DNA of 64,000 nucleotides from the human T2T-CHM13v2.0 reference genome, Homo sapiens. Below the pieces are notes generated by a model. The model made no database searches, was not told the DNA's origin, and was given only the letters and a program-made list of their open reading frames with translations. Shown here piece by piece: positions 1 to 11,793 of the stretch (positions within the stretch are counted from its first letter, which is position 1; every line of letters begins with the position of its first letter). Location of the stretch: NCBI RefSeq assembly GCF_009914755.1, contig NC_060928.1. One strand, written 5' to 3'. The position numbers and the translations under genes were made by a program.

Positions 1-170
1 TTGTGAGTGCTGTCCTGTGCGTTGTAGAATGTTTAACAGCATCCCAGGTCTCTAGCTATTAGATACTACTAGCTATACCCTTTCTCTACCAAACTGTGAC
101 AACCAAATTGTCTCCATACAATGCCAAATAGTCTCTGAAAAAAAAAATAGTACCTGATAGAGAACTACAG
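1..170 (-). mobile_element. MER20 (hAT-Charlie) DNA transposon, partial
   Basis: GCTGTCCTGTGC..TGTAG.ATGTTT..CAGCATCCC...TGTGACAACCAAA..GTCTCC..ACA.TGCCAAA matches the reverse complement of MER20. Confidence 0.8.
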
Positions 171-854
171 CCTAAGCAATCTGAAACATTATTCTAGGAT
201 TTTCAAAAACCAGTTTCCCACTAAATATCCCAGGCTTTAATTGATACCTCAAAAGGTATTTTTATACAACTAAGTGTAAGCGTAAACCTGAAAGCAACTG
301 ATCCTGAAAGGGTCTAAACCCCAACTTTAAAATATTTGGATCACTGAAATACTATTAAATGATGTGAGTTTTTTTGTATGTCAAAGGTCCACAGAAGCAA
401 ACCTAATGTGACAACATTTTAGGCCAACTATGTTGACAAATTTTTATATTAATTATGTATCGCTTAATCTAACTAAACAAGTACTCAACGAGGGTAGTTA
501 CCATGATCAGAAGTCAAGAGAGCATAAAGCCAGAACTTCAAACTGCAGTTATCAGACACAGGCTTTTAAAATATATGTGCAAAATGTTTGAGTAAGTAAA
601 TGAAGAGTTATACACTTTCCCAGAAAATCAGAAAGCATAAAAATACATGAATATGAGTTTATAAATTAATGTAAAACTAAAATTAAAGAGGTGGAAGTTC
701 AGGTCAAAAAAACTATCTGACAAAGCTATAGGAAATATAAAATAAGAACATATAGAGTGTGGAGGTAAAGGGTAACAAGAAACAAATTTACCTACCTTCC
801 CCACTGTCAGAAACAACAAGCGAAAAAGAAAATATATTTTACAAATGGAAATAA

Positions 855-1110
855 TCTGGACACTATGGCTCATGCCTGTAATCCCAGCACTTTGGGAGGC
901 CAAGGCAGAAGGATCACTTGAGCTCAGGAATTGGAGACCAGCCTGGGCAACATAGTGAGACCTCATCTCTACAACTATGCCTGTAGTCACAACTATTCAG
1001 GAGGCTGAGGTGGGAGGATAGCCTGAGCCAGGGAAATCCAGGTTGTACTGAGTTGTGATCATGCTACTGAATTCCAACCTGAGTAACAGAGAAAGGCATT
1101 GTCTCAAAAA
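855..1110 (+). mobile_element. AluJ-type SINE with deletion of the central A-rich linker
   Basis: GGCTCATGCCTGTAATCCCAGCACTTTGGGAGG; J-type GGATCACTTGAGCTCAGG and CTGGGCAACATAG; left arm joins right arm directly (TCTCTACAA|CTATGCCTGTAG). Confidence 0.9.
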
Positions 1111-1400
1111 ATATATATATTTTAAAATATATATTTATTATGTATTTATATGTATAACATAAATATATGATATATTTATAATATAAATATAAATATATGA
1201 TATATTAATATAATAAATTATATATATAATATAATAAATATAATAAATTAATATGATATATTAATAAAATAAATTAAATATAAATATATGATATATTATA
1301 TAAATATAAGATTATACTTACAATTATATTTATAAATATATAATGTGTATATTATATAAATATAATGTATATATATTTATAAATAAATAAGTGTATCTAT
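1111..1400. repeat. AT-rich low-complexity/(TA)n-like tract
   Basis: ~290 bp of almost pure A/T (ATATAAAT-type units) following the Alu tail. Confidence 0.9.
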
Positions 1401-1489
1401 ACATACATGAAAAGAGCATCAGTGATCTGTTCAACGTTTCCAGATACTATATCTGTAAATGACAAAAAGATTGTTTCCTTTCACATAAG

Positions 1490-1922
1490 TCCCTGCAGGG
1501 GATAGGTCTTAACTAACCTACCAGTCACAATGATGCCATTCACCTCTCTGGGCAAATAAAGCAGTTCTTGTTAATAGGACATAAGGAAAAATCTGTTGGA
1601 TGCTGTACGGGAAGAGTTCCCTTGGACCTGAAGAAGACATGACAAACTGTCTTCTGCTTTACTTTTATGAATGTTGTGTCAGGAAATGTAAGATGCTATA
1701 ACCATGAAGGCACCTAGAATGAGAAATAAAGCTGGCAACAGAGAATGGCACAGAAAACAAACTGGAAAGAACCAGAGCACTTGACTCTATTAAGTCACTG
1801 AATTAATCCACTGTTACCACAACTTTGGAACTTATTATTCTGTGTGATGATCCTTTGCCTTATTATATGCCACTTTGAGTAGAGTCCTCTGTTATGTGTG
1901 GCTGAAAATATCTTAAAATGAT
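1490..1922 (+). mobile_element. Old MaLR LTR (MLT1J/K-like)
   Basis: 3' terminus CCACTTTGAGT..AGTCCTCTGTTATGTGTGGCTGAAAATATCTTAAAATGAT resembles the MLT1J/K end. Confidence 0.6.
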
Positions 1923-2129
1923 TTTCCAAGTTTATAAACTGGAAACTAATGCCCAACTGAATCAAACCAATCTCTAAAAACTTCCAAAGATACCTCTAAA
2001 TGTCTTTCAACTAGAATTTTTCTCTTTGCTAGCATCTGCGCTACTTCTTAGATAAAAGCAGTAGCTTCCAAAGTTCTTAGGCATAATCCTCATGGTGTTA
2101 GTCTGGTATCCTTTTCCAAAACCTTGCTA

Positions 2130-2770
2130 AATTCAGGTCTAGAATCATGTATGTAAAACATTAATTTTATCAAATCACTCTCCTATGTAAAAATGTCCAG
2201 TGATTCTGTGCTAACGAAGTTGTCCTTTGCTTCCTATGTAGGAAATTTCATTATCTGACACATCTCTCTAATGTTATTTCCCATCACCTTCTATCAAAAT
2301 GCTTTATTTTAAGCCACTGTTAGGTAATTTAATTAGTATCTTTACTTTTTTACAAAAAAAAAATTGCTGTTATGAACATTCCAAGCATTTTTTTCTTCAG
2401 TATATGCTTTATTATCTATCTAAAATTTGGTGTTCAAGCCTAGTACCTTTGTTGATACTTAAAGCAAATCTTTCTACATGTTTAGCATGCCACTTTCCAC
2501 TCAGCATAAACTTCTTCTGTTCATGTCATAGTATTGATTGCAACACCCCATTGATTATATCTCTCTAGGTAAATGCCCTTTCTCTATTGAGAAAGAATTT
2601 AAATGTCCTTTCTCTATTGAGAAAGAATTTAAGTTTGAAAGCAGTCACCTCGTTTCTGCTGTTACACGGTCAGTGGTAGCAAATCATTTATTTTCTTATG
2701 TTCAAACCTTAGCTTAGTACATGGAAAACAGCTATTGTCTAGCTGATTGTCAAAGCAATGAATAAATGAT
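2130..2770 (+). mobile_element. L2 3' fragments
   Basis: Degenerate L2-like sequence ending in AATGAATAAATGA. Confidence 0.45.
2570..2632. repeat. 30-bp tandem duplication (2 copies, 1 mismatch)
   Basis: AAATG(C/T)CCTTTCTCTATTGAGAAAGAATTT at 2571-2600 and 2601-2630. Confidence 0.95.
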
Positions 2771-3009
2771 TTACGCATCAACTTAAACTTTATGGTGAAA
2801 GATTATTTGAATCTCGTAACTTTATTGCTAATGAAGTATCAAGTAGATTTTTTTTCTCATTTTGCAAATATTACTGTGGTATACAGAAAGCATGTTTCAA
2901 AATGTGTAATTTTCTTGCATTGAAGAATAACAAGTCAATAAAGTGATAAAAGGTATTGAAAAATTGATATTTTTTAAAATACAAAAAAAGCAATTCAGAC
3001 TTGCAAAGA

Positions 3010-3170
3010 AGTCCTATGTTTGATGTATTCTAATTGCATATATGATCTTCATGTTATTACTTAACCAATTTGAACCTCAGTTTCTATATGCATACAGGGA
3101 TAACATTACAGTTATGTACAACATTATGAGAATGAAATAATTTATATTAAACTCTTCTGTGAATGATTAG
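3010..3170 (+). mobile_element. MIR SINE fragment
   Basis: TTACTTAACC..TTTGAACCTCAGTTTC MIR core and ATGAGAATGAAATAA. Confidence 0.6.
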
Positions 3171-3702
3171 TAGGTATACAAAGGATAGTTCTAAATTTGC
3201 CAAATCCTGCTTCATATATGATCAAAAATATTTGTCAGAGGCAGGGTTTACTATGGCATATATGGCATATCAATTTGTGCTAATCTAGCACATTTACAAA
3301 GAAGTAAGAGAATCACAAGTTTTATTGGCTAGAGGTAAACAAAACTTTTTAAAGGCATCTGCACCCATACTGCTGTCTTCCCTACCTTCTCTCTAAATAC
3401 AAGTAAACTCATAGGTTTTATTATTTCCAAATTATAAAGAGGTTATTTGCTCTTATCTGAAATTATATTGATATTATATCATAAGAATTTGTGTATGTAT
3501 TCTACTGGGAAATAGTGTAAAAAGTAGTTAACTCACTTCTATGGATAACAAACAAAAAAACATTGTTTAAAGGCTGGATCATCAGTTCATGAATAATATG
3601 TAATACACCACTAAAAAGGATGCCTTAAAAACAACATTGCATGACAAGAGTTTTAACAAATGTAGTTGAAAACATGTGAGGGCTTTGTATGTTACGCACT
3701 AC

Positions 3703-3873
3703 AGCAGTAATGTCCAATAGACATTGCAATTCTGGAGATACTCTATATCTGTGATATCTTCAGCACTTGAAATAAGGTCAGTGTGACTGAAGAATGACAC
3801 TTTAATTAATTTAATGCATTTAAATTAATTTAAATGTCACATACTGCCAGAAGCTACTGTATTGGACAAGCAG
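3703..3873 (+). mobile_element. MER3 (hAT-Charlie) MITE
   Basis: Inverted termini TGTCCAATA...TATTGGACA; internal AGCACTTGAAAT...GTGTGACTGA. Confidence 0.75.
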
Positions 3874-4035
3874 AGATCTTCTTAATTTGGGAAAGAAAAA
3901 CAAGTCTCTCAGCTTGAGAGTCATGAGGCACCCATTATGCATGCCCCACTAAGCCCTCAATGGAGAGAACTTGAAAGTCACATAGGCAGGCCACAGGCCC
4001 CTAGACAGTCTCAGAGCTGCTAATAACAAGTAGAG

Positions 4036-4160
4036 AGCCAGGCAAGGTGGTTCATGTCTGTCATCACAGAAAAGTTGCTTAGGCCCAGGAGTTCGAAGCT
4101 GCAGAGCTATAATTGCACCAGTGAACTCAAGCCTGGGTGACAGAGCAAGACCTTTTCTCT
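4036..4160 (+). mobile_element. Alu monomer (FAM/FRAM/FLAM-like), internally deleted
   Basis: GCCAGGCAAGGTGG...GCCCAGGAGTTCGAAGCTGCAG...GCCTGGGTGACAGAGCAAGACC. Confidence 0.7.
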
Positions 4161-4574
4161 CTCTCTCTCAATATGTTTAATTAAATATTATATATTTATA
4201 AGTATTTATATAAATTTATATATAATTTTAATAATAACATATAATTGGGATTATATATCTAATTAAAAATCTATATATCTGAAAATGAAAAAAAAATTGA
4301 CAATAAAGGGTGTACTAAAATATATAAAGGATGGAATAATGAAAGAGAATAAACTGCAATACAGGAAAAAGGGAAGCAGACAGAGAATAAAACAAAAGGA
4401 ATGATGAAGCAGAACTAATTTAAGCCTGTCAAGGATACTTGAGGACCATCACCCAAAGGTCTTACAATGAAAGAAGGAAAACAACCTGTGCATTACAGTG
4501 ATAACTCTAATAGAGGGTCAAAGAGAAAATCATTTCAATGCTAATGACAAATACTGTAAAACAGTAAGCATAAA

Positions 4575-4625
4575 GAATAATATTAGAGATAGGAATAATA
4601 TTAGGGATAGGAATAATATTAGGGA
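4575..4625. repeat. 18-bp minisatellite, ~2.8 copies
   Basis: GAATAATATTAG(A/G)GATAG repeated. Confidence 0.9.
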
Positions 4626-5730
4626 GGGGCCATGTTAAACAAAACTTCCATGTATAGTTGTTCATGTTGTGGCCTGCACAAAAAGATACCTTGATGAGGG
4701 CAAATAAGGGGTTAATTTCAGGTGATCCTTCACTTACCAAACAATAAGGCCTGGTGTCATTCTGCATCTGTGAGAAAAAAGGGATAACGCTTCCAATTTT
4801 TCTATCTTGAATCACAATCTTTTCTAAGCCTTCCATGCAGGTGTTCTCTTTTTGTATTTGCTCAAATGCATAGTGTATATTTCAGTAGAAACCCCAAAAT
4901 GAAGTTCCCACAATTCATTCTAGAACTGTGATAAAGGAAGGGTGATAGCTGATTGTATACAAGGAGCAGGGAGATAAAAACACAACAGATATTATAGTTT
5001 CTACATTTAAATGATTTGAAACACCTTGAGTATATTCATTTAAATCAAAAATGAATAAATATAGGAGAAAGCTAGAGGTGAAAAAGTTTATAATTTTAGT
5101 TTTATATCTATCTGTTTTGTTCTACAGGTATTCTCTGAGTGTGAAACCTGAAATTACAATCATTATGAGACAACGGTGTCTCTACTATAAAAACCATTGT
5201 TTTTTCCTTCACGTGCATGTACTTAAAGGTATGATTTTTTTTCATAATAGATGTAAAAAAGAGTAATTGCCATGATTCACAAATAAAAGGTAATTATCTT
5301 AGTACATTAAATTTTATAAATGCTAATTTAAATACGATAGTCTGCTATCTTTAATAGGCTATGATATATGTCAATACAATATTAATAAACACCTATAATT
5401 CAAAATAAAATGAAAGCACCATTAAAAAGTTAAAGAAAATTAAATGCCACAGGAAAGATTGATATGTATGTCTTATAGATTTCAAAGGAGAAAGTGAATA
5501 ATTGAGAAGAATCTTCAATAAGGCAGTAATCTCCCATGTAAGTACAGAAAGGTCGTCAGAAGGATTTTTATTGGTTTTAGATGAGTGGATTGTCAATCCT
5601 AGCAAAAGAGGGACATAAGTTAAATGAAAGCAAAAAATTGCTGATATATGGTTTGGAGGAGATTTATTAGTCTTATTTGAACAATAAGGCATAGGAGAAG
5701 AAATGTGAAAAAGGCAACCAAATAAGTAGA

Positions 5731-5937
5731 ACCCATTTCTAAGCCCCCTGCCTGCCAAACAATCCTTAAAAATCCTAGTCTCCAAATTCCTGGGGAGGCA
5801 GGTTTTAGAGACATCTCCCTTCCTCCTTGCTAGATGGCCTTGGGATTATTCAACTTTTTCTCTGCTGTAACACCTGTTTTGTCAGTGTACTGACTTTTTC
5901 TGTGGGGCAGGCAAGAAGAACCCACAGGGTTGTAACA
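5731..5937 (+). mobile_element. ERV1-class LTR 3' part (LTR8/LOR1-like)
   Basis: CCTTAAAAATCCTAGTCTCC...GGGCAGGCAAGAAGAACCCACAGGGTTGTAACA terminus. Confidence 0.6.
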
Positions 5938-6856
5938 GACTATCAGTCCATCATATAAACACAAAACTATTGGAATGGTTTCCATAACTGAGGGATTATT
6001 TTTTCACTCCTTCCTTTTCTTGAGGAACTACCACATGTCAAGGATACAAAAATAAGAGCCCATGATGACATTTGGAAGGGATTATAAGTATAAAAGGCAT
6101 TACTTGCATACTGCATTTCCACATGAACTCTGTCTGATTTTAATACATACACATGAAAATTAAAAATTATTACTATTTGCAAATGATGCTTTAAAAATGT
6201 TCTCTACTATGCATTGTGTTCATCAAAGCCTGAAAATATATACCTTTGAACTTGCCTTAGACCTTCTTAAAAGTTTCAAAATGTTTCTAAATTATATTTT
6301 CTAAGTTTGCAAATGTAACTCATGGAGTGATATTGGATTTCAATTCACTTCCATAACCCAAGCACTGCCTTGATATCTTTAGACCTTTCCAGGAGAATGG
6401 AATTCTATTAGCAAATGCATAACAATATAGGACAGCAGTAATTAGCTGCCCTTTCTATTTCTCTCTTTACATAAGATGGAAAATTTTAATTTATAATTCA
6501 ATAATTAGTTTTACATTCTTTTGGCACATCCTTGAAAAGTTGAGTTTATTGAATAAAAAAGCATTATGTACTGGTGATTTCCATGATTAAAAGCTTTCGT
6601 GATTACATTATAATGTCTTTCTTATGTAAGACCATATAGAAAAAGAAAAGAAAACGTTGCTACAAGTCTCTTTTTTTTTGTAATATTACAGCAACATAAA
6701 ATAGCAGCAAATTTTGAGGCTTTTTAGAAAAGAAATTACCTATTATTAAATTTCAAATTAAAACCTATCCCACTGAGTGATGTGACTGCTATAAATTTTG
6801 CTTAAAAAGAGATTGTCTTATTAAATTTAACATCAATTCCTGTTGCAGTTGACTTA

Positions 6857-7184
<328 letters not shown>

Positions 7185-7595
7185 CAGTAAGTTTTAACTA
7201 AATATTCAAAGACTTGAGGTAAATTATAAATTACCTCTATATCTTCTTAGTATTTGTAAGTTGACGGTCACAAATACATTTTTACAAGTGTTAACTGAAA
7301 CATATATTTTCCAGACATAATGGATTTGGGGAGGTTATTGGTCTGCATTAATTTTAGATGTCTGACAATCTTAGTTTACGTTAACAATATTTATGCTTCA
7401 ACTAACACTGAAAATCTGTCTGTATTTTACCCATTTAAAGATTGTTCAAATTGAAAATTTTACATTTATAATAATATTTCAGAACTCTATATATTCTAAA
7501 GAATTATTTTGTATTACACATGGAGTAGTAGTATTTAATGTTTACATTAAGGATATATATACATAGAAAGAGTTAAATCATTTTATTTAATAATT

Positions 7596-8320
7596 TGTCA
7601 AAATCTTAGTGAACTGTCAAACCTGTGAGAAGAAAACTGGCTAGTCTATTGTCAATTTGAATAACGAGTGTTTACGTTTTATTGTTCATATTATTGATCA
7701 TATTTGAGGATGACATTGTTAATGATCATTGTCTTGTGTGCATCAATCATAGAAAAATACTGCTAATGATCTCTGCACCCTGCAGCACCCCAGCGGGTGA
7801 TTCACCAGCAAATGCCTGTAGGCTACTGGGAACCTCATGTCTGTTTTCTGCTGTCAGCTCACACATCTGTCTGCCACTGCCATAGGAGAAAAGAATGGCT
7901 TTTCCCTTCCTGCCTTCCAAAGCTTGTACGAGTATCTATCCTTGACAGCATTTCAACTGGAAATAGCTGGCAGGGTATTCTGGCAAATATTATTTGCACA
8001 TTTTTCCAGGGTAAGTAAGGGAAAATGCAGAAAGGGCAGGAATGCCGCTGAAATGACAAGAAAGAATCTGCATACCGCTTGTGACAGGATGGAAGAAAAG
8101 ACAGAAAGAGGCGTTTGGCTTTTATCCCTAATGATCATATTTAGGGAAGAAGGGAAATATTTAAATGCTAAGTTATGAAATTGCACAAACATATGATCTG
8201 AGGGGTTGCTGAAAACATGGAATCTATGCACAGTGAACTGAAGCGTCTTTCCCTAGGTTGAACCTACAACAGCGTGATTGAAAATGTGCTGTGAGACAGC
8301 TGGCCTGCAGCAAAGCCTCC
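7596..8320. promoter_or_regulatory. Candidate non-coding regulatory element (repeat-free, TGACAG-rich)
   Basis: No recognisable repeat, locally higher GC; TGACAG/CTGTCA at 7614, 7851, 7943, 8082; E-boxes CATCTG and CAGCTG. Confidence 0.35.
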
Positions 8321-9067
8321 TGCTCCCTAGATCATTCCCCTGCTGCATGTCTACACGTATCAGTTTATTTAGCATTATTTTCTTCTTGAAGACAAGTTGT
8401 GACTAGCATTAAAACAACATGGATTTTTAAAAAAGGAAGGAATGAGTGAAGGGAGAGAAAGAAAAAGAGACAGAAAGGGAGAGGGATAAAAATAACAATT
8501 TTTGAATGCCAGATTATACATCAAAATAATTATGTAAAAAAGCAGAAGTATCCATAGATATAATTTAAAAGAAAATAAATATCACGTGGTGCTTTACTGC
8601 ATAGGATCTGAACTTAGTTGTTCCCGTGACCTTGACTCCAGAAGGATTCAAAAAGGCATGTCAGTGAAAGATTCCTTGAATATAAGCAGCTGTGGCCTCA
8701 TCCTAAACGTGTGGCACCACTACTGAGGGCAGCAACATCTTTGCCTAGATCTTGTTTAGCATGGTGTTGAATTGTGTAGAAGTAAATTAGTTTCCCTTGG
8801 TTCTTTCTCATTTTCAAAACTAAGTTGTTCAATTTTCCTCTTGATTCTGAATCATGTTCTTTGTTTCCCGGTAAATTCATTTTCTAATTATGTTAAATAG
8901 AATAAGTTTCTTGCTGATGTAAAAATTGAGGCCCTATAGTGCATTTCAGACAAGAGATTCTGAGGGACACTGTTAATTTGAAATGAGCTACAGAACATTT
9001 GGAGTTGATGGAAGTGAAAATTCAGCGGTATAAAGAGTAAGAAATATGGTAAATTATGGTATGCAAT

Positions 9068-9670
9068 TGTTGGGGTCCAGAAACAATATCCCAAAATACA
9101 GCGTTTTTACATATTGAACTAAAGAAGCAGCCTCAAGATCTCTCTGATCTTCCCCCACCTTCCTGTCATTCAATCTTCTGGTCCTCCCAAGGCACAGGAT
9201 AAAGCCGTTCTCTGAAGTTATTTTATCTGTCGAGATCCTTGACTTCCAAAGAGGAACAAAATTGCTTTCCATCCCCTGCCTAAAGTCTTATTATCTATCA
9301 TAGAAGACTGAGGAATGCAACCACATCTGGATGCACTATTTCACAAGATAGTATCTGCCTCTCAGTTTCATTCCAATTTTAAAGAGAATCATTTACAAGT
9401 TAATGTTTATGTCTACTGCAACCATTCATTTCCACTGAAAGTTTTCTATTCCTATGCACCCCACTTTCCTCTAACCAATAAAGAGGGTATTTCGCACCAA
9501 CCATCTGGTTCTTCTCTTCAGTTTTTATAATTTGTATGACTCCCATGAACACTTGTGTATGTACTAAATTTGTTATACTTTTCTCTTATTAACCTGTCTT
9601 TTGTTACATGGATGTTGGCCATAACACTTTATGGTGGGGATAAAAGGGATTACCTCATTTCTACTTTACA
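9068..9670 (+). mobile_element. ERV1 solo LTR (MER39/MER34/LTR49 group)
   Basis: TGTTGGGGTCCAGAAACAATATCCCAAAATA start, ...TTTACA end; flanks CAAT/CATT resemble a 4-bp TSD. Confidence 0.75.
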
Positions 9671-10731
9671 CATTGGTGATACAGCTTATTACATTATTAT
9701 CCATTAATCTCTGGAAGGAAAACCTCTTTGAAAGAAAGGTCTTTAGGAAATTGAAAACCTTTAATACTTGTTGAATTTGCAAAAAGACAGTGAAGGACTC
9801 CGCTTATATTGCTACACAAGGAAAAATAAATATTCAATGGAGAAGTAGCTTGAAACAGGAGAGGAGTAGAGTCACCAATTTTGAGAAGTAAAGTCTATTT
9901 CCACACTCCATACCTGCGGGATCTTCTGAAGAAATACTCACCTCAATAGCGTGCAGTAAGGCAGACTATATCTTAAGGAGTTTCCAAAAGAAGATTTTTT
10001 TCGCTCAAATTACAGGTAGTTCTCTATAAATAGGTTATAAAATCAGTTTGGTTAGTTCCAATAAGAATTTTTAGTGAAATAAATAGTAAAATAAAACAGC
10101 AGTAAAAATATGAATAGTAAAAGTAGGAAATGTATTATGTATATAATGTAGAGACTTGTAGAAGTATTTTGTGTTTGTCTGTATTGGGTCATGATGAAAA
10201 ATGTGTTTCTAATGGTGGAACTGGTCAAAAATTTAAAAATTACTAGCTTAACAAAGCAGAAAGGAATAGAGGTAAGATGGAGTCATGAGACTTTTAACAT
10301 TGCTGTCAAAACATCTAAGAGCATTGTTTATTTCTTATTCAATTATTTTACTATATTTTTCTTTATCCACAGATATCACACAGATAAGAAGCTGGACTAT
10401 CTCATATTATGTTGCCCTAGAACAGGAGAAATTCAAACTAAGGCAACATTATTCAAGGGAAGGCAACCCATAAACCTCTGACATAGAATTTGCTCTTCAA
10501 GAGAGATCATGTACTCCAAGCAGCCAAAAAATATTATCTATGAAAGAGAGTTAGAAAATAAATAGAAATTCTTAGCAAACAGAAAACTCATGTACATACA
10601 ATTGCATGATACATGTGTTAATTTTAAACCTTCATTGGAAAATTTGAAACATTCTATATAAAGTTTTTATTAATAAATTATGAGAAAATATCTCCACTAA
10701 AGGTTATTCACTTAGTCCAATTATTTCCAAT

Positions 10732-11078
10732 TTTACTGGAATTGCACACATGCTCACCTGAGGTGCTTTTCCCTTACCAGTCTGAATGTTCCAAGGAGGT
10801 CATGTCAACAGTTAAAGACTGCCATTTTGCCTCTTAGTGCGCATGTGTGAGCCCTCTCATCCGACTCCTGAGATCTTATCAGGAAGCTGCTGATCACCAG
10901 CTTCAGGTGTTTCTATTTATTGGGAGACTGTCTTTCCCTGGCACCAGCTGCAACCAATGATTACTTTAGAGAGACAGTTTAACAACTGCCTGACCATCAC
11001 CTGATGGTCATCTGACATTCCCGGTGAGTGGGGTCCCTCTCCACTCTGCTTATGTCTGACTAGCTACCTACTGTAACA
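10732..11078 (-). mobile_element. MER50-like ERV1 LTR, 5' portion
   Basis: Reverse complement starts TGTTACAGTAGGTAGCTAGTCAGACATAAGCAG and contains GACCATCAGGTGATGGTCAGGC and ATGCGCACTAAGAGGCAAAATGGC. Confidence 0.75.
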
Positions 11079-11793
11079 TTATTACAGGAATCCTTAAAAA
11101 AAGAGAACTCTCTTCAGCTGGAGCCAGAAGAGATGCAATAGGAGGAGTGAGAGTTTAGAAGTATAAAATGCACTTGTCCCTTTGCTGGCTCAACAAGGCA
11201 GGAGGCAATATGATGAGGAAAGCAGGTGGCCTTAAAGAGCTAAGAGAAGTCCCAGAAAGGCAGGCAGCAAGGAAATGGGGAACCTCAGCATTACAACTAC
11301 AGGGAATTGAATTCTGCCAACAATACTTCTCCCTGACCATCACCTGACCATCAGGTGATGGTCAGGCAGTTGTTAAACTGTCTCTCTAAAGTAATCATTG
11401 GTTGCAACTGGTGCCAGGGAAAGACCGTCTCCCAATACATAGAAACACCTGAAGCTGGTGATCAGCAGCTTCCTGATAAGATCTCAGGAGTTGGATGAGA
11501 GGGCTCACACATGCGCACTAAGAGGCAAAATGGCAGACTTTAACTGTTGACATGACCTCCTTGGAACATTCAGACTGGTAAGAGAAAAGAATTAAACATC
11601 AAATCTTCCCTCAGGGACTCCAGATAAGAGCCCAGGCCAAAGGACACCTTGATTTTGACCTTGTCAGACCTGGAGTTGAAAAACCAGCTGCACCCTTCTA
11701 GAATTCTTACTTACAAAACTGTAAGTCAATACATTTGTTCTACTTTGCTAGTTTTGTGGTACTTTGTTACTGCAGCAATAGAAAACTAATAAA
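11079..11793 (+). mobile_element. MLT1D/E-like MaLR LTR interrupted by an inverted copy of the MER50-like segment
   Basis: GCAAGGAAATGGGGAACCTCAG...GAATTCTGCCAACAA, resuming at ~11600 CTTCCC..CTCCAGATAAGAGCCCAG and ending GCAGCAATAGAAAACTAATA. Confidence 0.8.
11345..11589 (+). repeat. Inverted duplicate of 10766-11010 (MER50-like segment)
   Basis: Manual alignment to the reverse complement: 245 bp, 6 substitutions, no gaps. Confidence 0.95.

Noticed and set aside
628-990. 120-aa minus-strand ORF, and similar ORFs at 6854-7156, 6928-7143, 14186-14440, 29189-29527 and 40166-40447
   Set aside because: Translations are typical Alu-derived peptides (e.g. [26 protein letters not shown]); not genes
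8001-8016. TTTTTCCAG-G-GTAAGT resembling a recursive splice site
   Set aside because: An extra G separates AG from GTAAGT, so it is not the AG|GT zero-length form; the pyrimidine tract is short and there is no transcript evidence, though the donor itself is consensus
7682-8231. Cluster of five overlapping ORFs on both strands
   Set aside because: No recognisable protein similarity; explained by locally higher GC giving fewer stop codons
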